From positions 19,452,228 to 19,501,868 of the forward strand of contig NC_069001.1 in the NCBI RefSeq assembly GCF_001194135.2: a DNA stretch of 49,641 nucleotides. Reading direction: 5' to 3'. This document shows positions 23,641 to 37,699 of the stretch, in pieces (position 1 is the stretch's first letter; each line of letters begins with the position of its first letter). A program made the position numbers and the translations under genes. The stretch is from Octopus bimaculoides. Taxonomy: Eukaryota. The notes below the pieces were generated by a model. That model worked only from the letters and a program-made list of their open reading frames with translations, made no database searches and was not told the origin of the DNA.

Positions 23641-24832
23641 CATAATATCTTGTTCCTTAGTCATTTATTTAATTTCATATTATATTCTGCACTTAACTAA
23701 TGCTTTATTCTGAAACATACATATACTGAGTTCTAACACCAGGTTGCTATGTCTAAGCAAAATATATATCAATATGAGAAATAAAGATAAACAAAGGTTT
23801 ATATTATAGTTTCCTATACATGTTTTGCCATTATGATTGTTTGGAGCCCTGCAATAGGTATTTCAAGTGCATTTAGATGCAAACACAAAAGATCATCAAG
23901 GAACACTTTACTGCATTAAGTTACAGATAATTATGTAAAGATTTGAATAGATAGCAAGGCATTTTATAAATATTTTGGGAGGAAAATAGAAAGAAAGCAA
24001 TTGGGTGAGAAAAGGGGAGGATAAAAGAGAGACTGAGAAAACAAAGAGATAAAAAGGAAAAGAAAGAGGAAATTATGAAGAGGGGAAAAATGGAAAAGAG
24101 AGACAAGCATAAAGAAAGAATAATTTGTACATCTAAAGCAGAGATAAATAAAATATAGAAATATAAAGATACAAAATATAATATAGCATAACTTACATGA
24201 AATGAATACAGGTAAGTAAATATATAAAAAAAATTAAGTATATTAAATAAATGAATAAATAAATAGTTAAGAGATAGAGAAAACACAAAGACAGGAATGT
24301 AGAGTAGGGAAAGAGATCAGGTGAAAGGTAGAGGGAGAGGTAAACGATAAATAAAAGAGGAGTCAATTACCAGTAAATCATTAACATTGAGATTGAAATC
24401 CAAAGGATAGGAAAAATCAATGGACAAAGTCATGAATCCACATGTGATACGAGTCCAAAGGTCATTTTTAAAATGCTGCATTTTTTTCAAGGTATAAATA
24501 CCAACAGACAAAAGGTCATGTGCAGGTGCTCAAATATGCTCACACACACAGAGCAGTTGTACATCTATTTGTAGATACAATTTCTACTAAATATATATGC
24601 CATACATTGTTACAAACATATATATATATATACCAATAAATATCAATAAACACTGTTACAAACTGATGTAAATCTCTACAAACAGCAAGTATAAACCTAT
24701 AGCCTGATACGTGTGGATGCTGTATAAGCATTATACATAGGTACAACCTGATACACACACACACGTTTTTGTGTGTGTGTGCTGTATAAACATACTAGCT
24801 CAAAATAACTAATAACAGAAATCCAAACTTAC

Positions 24833-25473
24833 TGTTTTCTCTTCCTCCAACTGACTTGCAATCCATCTCCACCCCAGGATCCCCAACCAGGAAGAGTAAG
24901 GTCAATATCCTTGGGCCTGTTTCTTTCCTTTACTGCTTTTTTTTCCTCCTTAAACTCTTCAATGACATCATCATTGGCAAATGCCTGACTTAGCGTCAAT
25001 TTGTCATCATTGCCATTAGATTCACTTGCCCTGTCCTCTTCCATCACATCTTCCTCCTCAACCATATTTGTCTGGATAGATGTTGCAATTGGAGTGCTCA
25101 TATCAAGGATCTGTTTTGGATCAAGACTGATGTCACTTGTTGGTACAGGTGGTTCGACATATTTAGATCTGGGGCCAGTATCTCGCAGTGATTTAGGAAT
25201 TTCTTCCATAGGTTCCTCAACAATCATGTTGTCATTTTGTATTGACTGAGATGTTGACTTCAACTTCTTTACTGTAATGCGAGTGGCGCACATCCATGCA
25301 TTACTGCCTCTTGTGCTTACACTTTCTGTGTTTTCTGGAAGGCTTTCATCACTTTCATAACCACTCCCTCTGCAATCTTCATCATCATTATTGTCATTAT
25401 CTTCTTCAATAACAGGTTGTTTCTTTGTTAGCTCTCGGTTTTTTTTAATCATATCACTTATTCTTTGCTGGGT
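24833..25473 (-). CDS. UTP14: UTP14 large internal exon
   Basis: ttttag|ACC CAG CAA...AGA AAA CA|gtaagt. 641 nt. Contains KNRELTKK, an acidic tract, AFANDDVIEEFKEEK and PKDIDLTLPGWGSWGG (Utp14 signature). Confidence 0.96.
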
Positions 25474-25947
25474 CTAAAAAATAGAAACAGAGAAGGAAAA
25501 ATGCATGAGAGATAGAAAGACACAGATAAGAAATGGATGAATAATTATAAATCAAAAATAAAAAGATAACACTACAGAGTGGACAAAGGAGATATATTGG
25601 AGTGAGGTAATTACAGAGGGATTAAATTTAGATCAGATTATGAAAGTTACAGAAAGAGTTATAGTTGAACTGATTAGGAAGAAAATTAATTTGGATGAAA
25701 CGTAGTCCACCATCTTCATCTGAAATCCTCCTTCCAAGTAACCTCAAGATGTTGCATCTTATGCAGGAGATGACAAATCACCAGAATAATTTGGTGATAT
25801 GTGGTATCAGAAAAGACTTGACACAGAAGAACATCCAGCTGTGCAAGCATTGAGAATTGAAAGTCACAGGAATGGTAGTGATGATGTAAAAGGAATAATC
25901 TATTTACATGCATGTGTGGGTCTATGGAAGTATTTGTAGTCTTTTAC

Positions 25948-26090
25948 TTCATCATCATCATTTAACATCCGTTGTCCATACTGGCAAGCTGGAAGGCTGC
26001 ATCAGACTCCAGTCTTATTTGGCACGATTTCTATGGCTGGATGCCCTTCCTAAAGCCAACCACCCAGCAAAAGTCTCCCTGGGCCAATAG
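25948..26090 (-). mobile_element. RTE 3'UTR-only fragment
   Basis: (CAT)n TTAACATCCG...GGATGCCCTTCCTAAAGCCAACC on +. Confidence 0.7.
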
Positions 26091-26199
26091 GTGGGGGTAG
26101 TGCAGTGCAAGCTACACCCACTAAAAATTATTCATCTGCACAGGTACTTCCTGTACACCAAATCTTAATAAAGTGATTGAATTGGTTGGTTGGCAGAAA

Positions 26200-29100
26200 C
26201 CTAAAAATGCACTTGTAACTTACTCTAAAATGTCTCAAACAGATTCAGTAAATGGCAAAAAAGGCTTGGGAACGTCAGGGGAACAGGTCTGGCTTGGTAG
26301 GTGTCCCAGTGTATAACAGGCTGGACCCGGTCATCATTCTGCCACTGCGGTCAAACAAGAGGCCAGAAAGACATACTGCACTTATTGCATGTGAGCTTAA
26401 GAAATATTCCCTTGGTATAGTTGCGTTCTCTGAAACTCATCTCTCTGGTGATTGTCAAGTAAATGAACCTACTTATGGATATACTATCTTTTGGAAAGGC
26501 CTACCTAAGGGTCAGCATAGAGAATTTGGTGTTGGGTTTGCTCTCAAGAATACATTAGTATCCTCCATTGCAGAGCTTCCAAGTGGTTTATCTGAATGGA
26601 TCATGTCATGCCGTATTAAACTGACAAAAGATAGGTTTCTTACCGTTGTCAGTATTTATGCACCAACAATGTCCCATTCTGATGAAACTGTAGGACAGTT
26701 TTATGATGATCTAGCACAATTATTGAGGAAAGTACCAATTTCTGACAAGCTGGTCATATTGGGAGATTTCAATGCAAGAGTTGGAAAGAACTATGTTTCA
26801 TGGCCCGTTTTAGGTCGACATGGGATCGGAAAATGGAGTAGCTCTTTTAAGCAGAAATATAAATATAAAACCATTTGGATGCACTGAAGATCTAAGCACT
26901 GGCATCTGATAGATTATATTCTGATCAGAAAATGTGATATGAAAGATGTTTCTAGCATTCGGGCCATGAGAGGGGCAGAGAGCTGGACTGACCATTATCT
27001 AGCGCGTGGAAAAATAGATTTTTTGACAATGCCTAAAAATCGACCGTCTGGTCCTAACTTTAAATTATCAAGCAACTAGCAAAGATTCCATGATGCTATA
27101 GAAAGTATCGATTTTGATCCAAACAATCTATAGGAATAATTGAAAACAAAAGTATTTCAGGCTGCAAGTTCGACAGTGAGATTTAAATCACGTAAGTCCA
27201 GTGACTGGTTCTCAGATAAATCAGCAGAAATTCATGATCTACTTTTAGAAAAACAAAACTTAGGCAATACGCTTATTTCTCAGTCCTTGAACCCCAACTC
27301 AAACGAAGCTTACAAAAAGCTGAAAAGGAAAGTGCAGACTGCTCTAAGGAAAATTAAACAGGAATAGTGGAATGATAGAGCAAAAGGGGCACAAGAAGCA
27401 GCTGATATATATGATGCCAAGGGTTTGTACTCCTTTGTTAAGGAGGTATATGGCCCCAAATCTTGTTCAATAGCTCCAGTGAGAACTGCAAATGGACATT
27501 TTCTTCTGACACCACTTCTATTAATAAGCATTGGGTAGAACATTTTTCTGCACTTTTGAATAGACCATCATCCGTTGACATATGGATAGAAAAAAATTGA
27601 ACACCTTCCAATTATAGAAGAGATGGCATTTGAACCAACTCTAAATGACATTTATTTAGCTGTGAATCAGCTGAATAACAATAAGTTTCCAGGGTCTGAT
27701 GGAATCTGTGCAGAGGTCTTGAAATATGGGGGTGACAAAATGTTTGAACTCTTAAATATATTAATTTGTCACTGTTAGAGAAGAGAGAAAGTGCCTCAAG
27801 ACTAGATTGATGCCATTTTAGTCTCCTTGTGTAAATCGGAGCCAAAGGATCTGTGTGGTAATTTTCGTGGGAATTCGCTTTTGTCGGTGATTGGAAAGGT
27901 ACTTGCCTGCATTTTTTTTTAGAACATTTAAATACCTTTATAGTTTCAAATATAGTATCTGAGTCTCAGTGTGGTTTTCATTCCTCCATGGGGACAGCTG
28001 ATTGTATCTTTACTGTCAGACCATTACAAGAAAAGTGCATTGAACAGAATCTTGCCCTATACCATTGCTTAGCAAAGCATTCGATACTGTTAATCGAAAT
28101 GCTCTGTGGCTAATTCTAAGGAAATTAGATTGCCCAGAAAAATTTGTAAACATGATCAGGACTTTGCATCAAGATATGACAGCTAGAGTTAACTTTGGTG
28201 GTAGGCTCTCTGAATATTTTGCTGTGGAAAATGGAGTAAACCAAGGAGGCCTCGATGCACCCACCCTCTTTGCAATATACTTTGCTATTGTACTGTCATA
28301 CGCTTTTCAAAACTCTGAGGAGGGTATTTACATAAAATATCAAACAACAGGGAATGTTTTTAATCTGATCAGACTGAAATTCAAAACGAAGGTTTTTACT
28401 TCACACATTAGGGAACTTTTGTACACTGACAACTGCAATCTTGTCAGCCATTCTGAAACAGGTCTGCAATCTCGTATCTGCATTTGACTCAGCTTGTGAT
28501 GATTTGGGCTTGACCATCAACTTGAAAAAAACAGTTGTAATTGTCAACCTGCCTGTGGTGCTATTTGTAACCCTCCTAAAATTTTTATTAAGGGAAAGTT
28601 ACCTGAGGTTGTCGATTCGTTCGTCTACCTTGTAAGCTTTGTTCAAAATGATGGAAATCTTGATACAGAAATACAACTGCGAATTCAAATGGCAGCAAAA
28701 TCATTTGGTGGCTTGGAGTCATGCATTTGGTGCCAGCAACATATAAATAAGAATACAACGCTGACTCTTTACAAATCATTTGTCTTACCATCCCTGTTGT
28801 ATTCCTGTGAAACTTGGACTTGTTATGAGAGATGTTTTCAACTGTTAGAACAATTCCACCAAAAATGCCTTCATCGCATTTTAAAAATTAAATGGAGTTC
28901 TTTTACTCTAAACACAGATGTCCTTGCATCTGCAGGCATCACCTCTATTAAAGCTATGATTTTGAGGAACCAATTGAGATGGTGTGGCCATATTGTTCAA
29001 ATGGTAGATGAACGCACGCCGAAACAGCTGTTTTATGGTGAGCTTGCAGAGGGGAAACGCTATCAGTGTAAACCTAGAAAAAGGTTTAAGGATGGCATAA

Positions 29101-29655
29101 GGACTACTCTGAAGTCACTAGGAATGGCTCCAAAAGATATAGAAACTCTTGCTTCGGATCGAGTTGGGATGGCAAACAAAGGTGTGGAGTGAAGTGAAAG
29201 CATTTGAAGAGACCAGGATAACACAAGTAAGACTCAAAAGAGATCTAAGGAAGAATGTAACAATCAAGAAGGTGAATGACAATGACCTTTTTATGCGTAC
29301 AGTCGGTGACAGACAATGCCTGTCTTTTTCTGGCCTCAAATCTCATTTGCGAACACATGGAAAACGAACCTCCACCAACTATTCTGCCTATATGCCTGTG
29401 CACACCTTTGAATGCAGTGTATGCCAGAATGTTTGCAAATCCAACAGAGACCTCAAAAGACATTTTAAGATCTACAAAGAGCAGAACTTATCGGCAGCTC
29501 TTGGCGGTCCAAATCAAAGGTGCAATCTATGTGGGTATCTTTTCAGAACATTGTCTGGTTTAAAAAGCTACATCAGATGCCATGATGGTGCTAAGGTGTA
29601 GGTACAAAAGAGGTGGTCAAACTCTACATAAGGAGTAGACAACCACTACCATGTA
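26200..29655 (+). mobile_element. Near full-length BovB-like RTE LINE, decayed, ending at (TA)n
   Basis: APE (RPERHTALIACELKKY...FSETHL...SIYAPT...LGDFNARVG), RT (KAFDTVNR...GVNQG...LLYTDNC), LRWCGHIVQM and C-terminal C2H2 fingers; many stops. Confidence 0.92.
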
Positions 29656-29656
29656 C

Positions 29657-29712
<56 letters not shown>
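29656..29712. repeat. (TA)n microsatellite
   Basis: Direct reading; similar tracts at ~5963-5990, ~6772-6795 and ~39799-39820. Confidence 0.95.
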
Positions 29713-29716
<4 letters not shown>

Positions 29717-30444
29717 TCATCGTTTCATGTCTAACAGTGATCCAGCATGGCCACAACCTTAGGGCTGAAACGTATAAAAAAATTAATGAATAAGAGAGTT
29801 ATTAGTGAGGGATTATCAATCCAGGTGAAATACTTCATAAGCTCTCTGTTAGTACACCAGGCTAACAATACTGTTTAGATTAATAAAGAACTCCAAGTAT
29901 TCTTGTGGCAAGATCTGAGGTTATAGTTCACCACCATTCTATATTGTAAATCCATGGTTGTGCTCCAGTTATGCTGGTTTTTAATTAATGATCATTATTT
30001 ACTTTGCCTTTACTGGTGTAAAGTTGACTTACAGCTGTTTCCAGAAGTCATAATACGTTCGTGTCTGTTGATTGCAGGATATAATTCTATTATTCTTTTT
30101 CTTCAACTCAAATTGTTTTGATGCATCGTGACACATTTTACACCATGCAGATCAATCCAAAGATGTCAAGTTAAACTGTAGAGATTTTAGCAATTGCTTC
30201 AACTTATCCTTATATCTTAGGACAGGTCTTCCTTCGCCACAATATCCCTCCATTTATTGGCCAAACAAAACAATTTTTGCAATGTGGTCATTTTTCACTC
30301 AAACATGTCCTACCCATCTGCACTAAATTCTCAGCAGCATGCTTTAGATACTGGAGATATCACATTTTTCTAAGATTTTCACATTTGATATCTTATCTTG
30401 CCATTTTATGTTGTAGATATGGTGCAAACAGCACATGTGAAAAG

Positions 30445-31370
30445 TTTCATCATCATCATCATCATCATCATCGTTTAACATCTGCTTTCCATGCTAGCAT
30501 GGGTTGGACGATTTGACTGAGGACTGGTGAAACCAGATGGCTACACCAGGCTCCAATCTGATTTGGCAGAGTTTCTACAGCTGGATGCCCTTCCTAACGC
30601 CAACCACTCAGAGAGTTTATTTGGTGCTTTTACGTGTCACCCGCACGAAGGCCAGTCAGGCGGTACTGGCAACGGCCACACTCAAAATGGTGTATTTTAT
30701 GTGCCACCCGCACAAGAGCCAGTCCAGGGGCACTGGCAACGATTTCGCTCGAAAGTCCTTACACATGCCACGGGCACCAGTGCNNNNNNNNNNNNNNNNN
30801 NNNNNNNNNNNNNNNNNNNNNNNNNNNNNNNNNNNNNNNNNNNNNNNNNNNNNNNNNNNNNNNNNNNNNNNNNNNNNNNNNNNNNNNNNNNNNNNNNNNN
30901 NNNNNNNNNNNNNNNNNNNNNNNNNNNNNNNNNNNNNNNNNNNNNNNNNNNNNNNNNNNNNNNNNNNNNNNNNNNNNNNNNNNNNNNNNNNNNNNNNNNN
31001 NNNNNNNNNNNNNNNNNNAGGAGACGATGTTGGCATGGGTGCCAGTTGTCGAATTTAACTCAATTTCGATTTCACTTGCCTCAACAGGTCTTCGCAAGTG
31101 GAGTTTAGTGTCCAATGAAGGAAGGTACACATAAGTGGGCTGGCTACACCCCTGACAGAGGCCTTGGATTTAGGTCTCACTTGGCTTGCCGGGTCTTCTC
31201 TCGCACAGCATATTTCCAAAGGTCTCGGTCAGAAGTCATCGCCTCGGTGAGGCCCAATGTTCGAAGGTCGTGCCTTACCACCTCATCCCAGGTCTTCCTG
31301 GGCCTACCTCTTCCACAGGTTCCCTCAAGTGCTAGGGTGTGGCACTTTTTCACGGGGTACATGCTTCTGC
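30445..31370 (-). mobile_element. RTE 3'UTR and C-terminal fragment spanning a 235-N gap
   Basis: (CAT)n CGTTTAACATCTGCTTTCCATGCTAGC; GTCGRGRPRKTWDEVVRHDLRTLGL. Confidence 0.85.
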
Positions 31371-31699
31371 CCCATACAAAAGTGTGCTTAAAATACAAGA
31401 TTTGTATACACTTATTTTCATTTTCAAACTGACACCATATTCATCCCATAAATGATGGGAATATTTTCCAAAAGCACTTGTAGCCTTAGATATTCTAACA
31501 TTGATTTCATCGTCAAGAGTACCCTTAAAGTTTACTATACTTGATGAGAGTCCATAATGTGTGTGTGTGTGTGTGTATGTGTAGCGTCATTTTAATGTCC
31601 ACTTTACTGTTCTTACTTTAGAATTAGTAGTGAATTCTTGATTTAATATGCAGATTTAAAGTGTCCAGCCCTTTGGTTTGAGAATCATTCTCATCAAAC

Positions 31700-31990
31700 T
31701 AATCTTGGTGCTTGCATTTCACAAATCATGGAGCTACTTCAGCAGATGATTTGATGCTGTCAGGAATTTGTGCCACAAAACTTCAGGGTCATTGCTTTCC
31801 TCTATTTTCACAAGCTTTGAGTTTAAATGCATTTCAAAATCTTTTGTCATTTCTGGATTTTTTAAAGAAGAGACATTTATTCTTGAATGTATACTGGATC
31901 TCAGTGTCTTCTTTGTATATTGTTTAAAAAATACCTTACTGCGAACCATTCTATCACAGTAGCAGATTAGCTCACAGACTGAGACCTGTC
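31700..31990 (-). mobile_element. RTE LINE linker fragment
   Basis: RINVSSLKNPEMTKDFEMHL...PEVLWHKF resembles the RTE APE-RT linker. Confidence 0.5.
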
Positions 31991-32635
31991 ATCCCTCTAT
32001 GGGCAAGCAGTCAAGGCAGCAACAACACTCCATCAAATGTATGGAAGATAGTGTGAACAAAGGCAACAACAAATAGTTGTAATAATGTTAGTGCTAGCAA
32101 TAGTACCAATGAAAATAATAGGTAAAAGTGGTAAAATGAAAATTAGAAAATTAGAAAGTGATACAATGACAACTTGCCAAAATAGGCAATAATTAACATT
32201 AACATGTGATGCAGTGTAACTATGCCTTTGGCAACTAAACCAGCAACCCCACTAAGCTTGCATGGTGAGGAGGGTGAAATATTGATTTTTGGACACCCTG
32301 CAGAATGAAAAACAAAACTCAGCAAAGGGCAAAGGAACTCAGAAAAGTCAGTGGCCATCCAAAAACAGGTGGACAGAACTCATTAGCCTCGGTCAGCAGC
32401 CTATTTGGGAGAAGAAACACCTCTGATTTGGGTGACAATCTGTCAGTGTCTAATGGTTTCTTCCTTGGAATGAAAGCGGAAGAACCACAAAATGGTCGGA
32501 TGGAGATAATAATAATAATAATCTTAGCTGAATGGAAGTGCCTTTTTGATGGCATGCGCTGCTCTCTCACTCAACAATAACAACTGTAATAAGAAAGACA
32601 AGGCCCATTGCAACTGTAGAGGAGGTAAAGAATGT

Positions 32636-35187
32636 CACCCTTTTGATACCAACCCAGCCACAACTGCCTGAAATATTTTTTGGTTCAAGAGTACCCACTG
32701 TTATTTAAATGCAAATTTGAACACAAATCTCATTAGTGCATTTGTGGAAACATGTGATTTCACTTTGTAAATAGTTGAGTTATAGTGTCTGACATTGTTT
32801 GACGTGATATCTGAACTCAGTGAATTTTGGGAGATTTTTTTTCCACATTTTCTCTGCATCGATTTTTTTCAACTTTGAAAATGTATAGGAGTTTCATGCT
32901 ATCAAGCAGTGATTCCAAACTTGAGGGTTTTTCAACAGAAGATATGGAGATATCGAGAAAAGGAATGACTGAAGTACAAAAGCACGTAGTGTATGAGAAT
33001 GAATCAGATATTTCTGTATCCAAAACTGAAAGCAGCAATTCTGAAGAAAGTGGTGATGGTGATAGTGAGGACAATTTTACACCGGAATGGAGTGAAAAGT
33101 TAAAAAATATTTTTATTGACAATTTTTCTGAAGAGACAGGGTCTACCCATAGTCTTTCACAGGAAGTGAAACTGTTAGACTTTTTTCTCTTATTTTTTTC
33201 AGTATGCTTGTTTGAAGCCATCACTGCAGAAACAAACCGTTACACAGAAGATAACAAACTGGAAAAATAAGATAGCTTGTGGTTTTCTACAACCATAGAA
33301 GAAATACAGGCATTTTTTGCTATAAATATTATTATGGGTATAAGATTATTACCCAGGATTACAAATTACTGGAGCAATTAGGAACTTTTTGGCAATCAGT
33401 ATGTTTCTAGTATTATGTCATGAATACAATTTGTGAAACTGAACCAGTATTTACATGTGAGAGACATTAGCAGTACCCCAGTACATGGAGAACCAAACTT
33501 TGATCCCTTATTTAAAATAAGACGTCGCATCAATTGCATTCAAAATGCATATAAAACACTTTACAACCCTGAGCGATACTTATCTATCAATGAGGGCATG
33601 GTAGAGTATAAAGGAAGGGTACACTTCCGACAGTGTATGACAGGAAAGCCCATGATGTGAGGGATCAAAGTTTGGAAAATTTGCGAAGCAAATACTGGGT
33701 ACTGCTGTGGGTTTAGCTTTTATACTGGGAAAAGAGACAATAATGTTAGTCAGCATGGCCCCAGGGTATGATGTGGTCTGGAATTTATCACTTCCATACC
33801 ATAACCAGGGCTGTATATTATTTTTTGACTGATTTTTTTTAGTTTGGTCAAGCTTGCAGTGGATTTAGAAGCTGTGACAACATATACGTGTGCTACAGTA
33901 ATTGCTAGTAGAAAAGGGCTGCTGTTGGATATAAAAAAGCAAAATTTAAACAAAGAGGTAAAATAATCCAACAGCAGAAAAGAAATCTGCTAGTGACCGC
34001 ATACAAAGCCAAGAGGCCGATAAATTTTCTATCTACCGGTGCACAACCATGTGTAGATGAAAATGGCACCCCATTTGTGAACCTTGATTATAACAGGCAC
34101 ATAGGCAGTGTGGATCAGCTGAACCAAATGATGAGTTATTAACCAGTTGGTAGACCAGGTAATAAATGGTGGCAATACCTGATTTGGTATATAGTAAATA
34201 TGAGCATTGTAAATGCATTTATATTATATACCAAATCAGGAGGGGCTTACAAGCGGTGCAGCCATCTGCAGTTCTGAGAAGATATAGCAACGCAGTTGAG
34301 GGCAGGTTATTCCTCAAAAAAAATAACTGCAGGAATGAAAAGCAAAACCTGCCAGAGAGATATCCCTCTGAATTCAGCTGATCTCCATAAATTAGAAAAA
34401 AATTGGGGGTCACGAAAGGCAGTGTTGTGAATGAAAAACTCCCAGTGGACAGCCAGTTGAAACGTCTTTCCAATGAGCATTCTGCAAGGTTGTTGTATGT
34501 AGAGAGGGATGTTTTACAAGTTTCCATGATAGAAATGTGTGAATATTGTATATATATATGTATGATTAGATTGTATAAATATTTTTCAAATTTACTTTGT
34601 TTTTACTTTTTACTTACCTGTAATTTTAATTTGCTTGTAAAGTGAGTGACAAGTTTTGATTTAATCTCTATTGTAAATCTTTATTATATATGTTCTAGTG
34701 TATTCATGTATATGTATGAGTATATTTCATTTAGTTATGTAGTTATTTTCAAGTTTTCTTCAAAAACAAATTCCAGTATTTCATTTTATTTTACCTTTAC
34801 CTGTTCTTATGTGCATTAAATTCAACTGATAATCTAGTGATGTGCACAATTCTTCGATATTAAAATTTTGTTGCATATCCAGTTGAATATTAGCTGATGA
34901 CTCATTTTCTATGGAGATGTTTAAACAAAATTTTAATATTTTTATATTTTGCTCAGTTTACCTGTATTTACCAGTAATTAGAGTCGCTTTGAGACAAAAG
35001 TTATGCAATAGAATTAATTAAGAACCCTTTCTTCAATTGTGTTCCAAATATCACATTAATATGTTGACAAGTAAAAAAGTTACAGTTGTTTAATGAAACT
35101 AGTTTAAATTCATGATTATTTTAGAATTTAATTGAAACTCATGAGGGGTGTATTTTGGTCAGAAATACAGTAAACGAAAGAGTTAAT
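32636..35187 (+). mobile_element. Decayed piggyBac-type DNA transposon (PGBD4-like transposase)
   Basis: Acidic N-terminus; FFLLFF...AETNRY; EEIQAFFAINIIMG; DPLFKIR; LSINEGMVEYKGRVHFRQ; GIKVWKICEANTGYCCGF. The 3' end reads ...GAAAGAGTTAA. Multiple stops and frameshifts; 5' TIR degenerate. Confidence 0.82.
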
Positions 35188-37224
35188 TAAATCATATCTG
35201 GAAAAGAATGTAGTTTATGAATATGCAGTAGTAACTCATAATAAAACTTACTGTTACATAGGATGTTGCGCAACAACATTTAAGCTCTGCTATACATCTC
35301 GTCATTCAAACCCCAAAATAAGGAAAATGTGACATCACTTAGCAAGCTAATATGGCAATTTCGGGACAAAAAGGCAAAACATGAGCTAAAATGGTTGAGC
35401 AAAATCATATGAAACAGGAAGAAGTAGATGTGAACTTTGCCTAGAGGAGCCACTCTGAATACTTACGTCAGAGAGTAACCTTATTAACCATAGGCAGCAA
35501 TTAGCAACACATTGTAAGTATTTCAATAATAAATCCATCAGCAGATAATTTCCACATTATATATGGTCAAGATGGGTATGATGCCTAAAGAATACATGCA
35601 AATTTCCTAATTTTATATTTATATGTATGTGTTTTTTATTTCATTAAATTTTTAAAATTTTATTTTATTTATTATTATCTTATAATAATTCTGCTTGTCG
35701 ATGCATTATTTAGCCTGTCAGTAATGCTTTCACGTGATTAGAGAAAAAGAGGGAGAAGCGTCCGTGACAAGGTAGGGGGAATGTAATATTTATTATGTGG
35801 TTAAAAATGTTAGTTGAAGGTAGAGGAGGAGAGTTAAAAATATAATCTTAGCAGAGGGATGTTGTGATGTTGAGGTTATATAAAGGTAGAGAGAAGGGGA
35901 GAGGAGAGAGAGAGAGATGGTGGTGGTGTGGATAGTGAAATGTGTTGTTTTTTTTAATTGAACTAAGTTTTTCTTATATCACTTAACGCATGTGCATAAG
36001 TGCAATTCCATGAAATATTCACACTTATTTACATGGCATGTACAGCTTTTTTTTTTATGGGGAAAAATGGAAAATTATGAGTGAATATTCATTTTATGCA
36101 TGCTGGTATTAAGTCTATAAAATTGTGCATAAAGTACATTAAGTGTATATATAAAGTGCATTAAGTAATCATCATATTCCAATTTCTTTCATTTTTCAAT
36201 GGGTAGCAGATGAGCTACTATTTTTCCATTCAGACACAGCACAGGCTACGCTTTCAGGTTTTTTGGATAAAGCTTTCAGATATAACCCAGTAGGTTTACC
36301 ATTAATTCCAGGAAATATTCACAGAACCTGCTAGTTGTTATTATTGTTTTGGTATTACTTTTTATTTTTGTAAAATTCTTTAATTGTTAATTTGCTTTAA
36401 TGCTAATTTCAAATTTTAATTCATAATCTATTTAATGGTTTAAATTTTAAAATTCCTTTAATTTAGTTTAATTTTAAATTATATTCAGCCTCTAATTTTA
36501 TTTGGCTTTAAATCAACTCGATTTTATTTCATTTTAACCTCATATTTTCCCCTCTATTTTAAGCTTTCTCAACCTCCCCGTCATAATATGGCTACTGCTA
36601 ATCTTTCATTCATTCTCTCATACAATTCCCCTACTATGCATGATAGTACAAATGACCAAATATTAAAGATTTAAGTTGACCATATGTGAATTTCAACGCA
36701 AAATTTGAAGAATATCTAACCTAAAAACAATACAAATAGTTTCATGTGTAATGACTCCATTACAAACATTAATGTTTTATGACTGTCCTTTCCACAATTT
36801 CAGCCAGCAATTGCCTCCCCACCTCTATTCTTTCTATTCCTTTCCTTCTCTTTGCCTTAGTCCTTCCCTTCTAAATCATCACTTCTCTTCCCCTTTCCTC
36901 TTCTCCATGCCTATACCATACCTTCAGTGTTCTGCTTTGTTATAATCAGAAAGGGCCCCAATGAAAGTAGTATTAATTTTTTTAGATCATTCAACTTCGC
37001 TCAACTGATCAATAGACCAACTGAGTAAATCTATCAGTAACAAACCTATAATGACAACTGAAATCATGTCTGACCATGGATATGTATTACATTACTTGGA
37101 AACAAATGAGGTCTGACAACAGGAAGAGCATCAGGCCATAGGAAAGCTGTCTCAACAAATTCCAAATTCCATCCATACAAGAACAGAAGAAAAGTAGGCA
37201 TTAAAGTGATGATGCACACACACA

Positions 37225-37458
37225 TTATTTATAGTGATTTACAGTTTGTGTTCACCTTATCTCACTCTCTCCACAAAATCAATGTTGCCAGTACAGGTGC
37301 ACAAGTGTGACATGAATCAGATGTTGAAATAATCACAGAGCAATGTAAAATGAAGTGTTTTGCTAAAGAACACATGCACCACCCAGTCTGGGAATTGAAA
37401 CCACAATCTCACAAATCATGAGTGCAATACCCTAACCACTAGGCTGTGCATCTTCACA
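37225..37458 (-). mobile_element. tRNA-derived SINE remnant
   Basis: On -: GCCTAGTGGTTAGGG A box and GGTTTCAATTCC B box. Confidence 0.65.
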
Positions 37459-37699
37459 TAAAGATATATATACATACACATACACATACAAACAAATGAG
37501 TGAACAAATGAAAGAAACATTCAATACATATTTGGTTGGGATTACACATTTGACTTGGCTTCATATAATTTTCATGGGCAGATAGAATATGTCTATCTGC
37601 TTCCAAATGTATGATGAGATGGACATGTCTCATGAAAGTCATCTGGAGCTGAGTTAAACTGTTATTAAATATGTATACATGCATGCACATATATGTGTG

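Noticed and set aside
23921-24286. Hydrophobic 121-aa ORF (also 7655-7975, 38155-38433)
   Set aside because: Produced by low-complexity purine/pyrimidine tracts (F/L/S-rich), not membrane proteins.
32827-34527. Possible domesticated PGBD gene
   Set aside because: Multiple in-frame stops and frameshifts and a broken C-terminus; consistent with a dead transposon.
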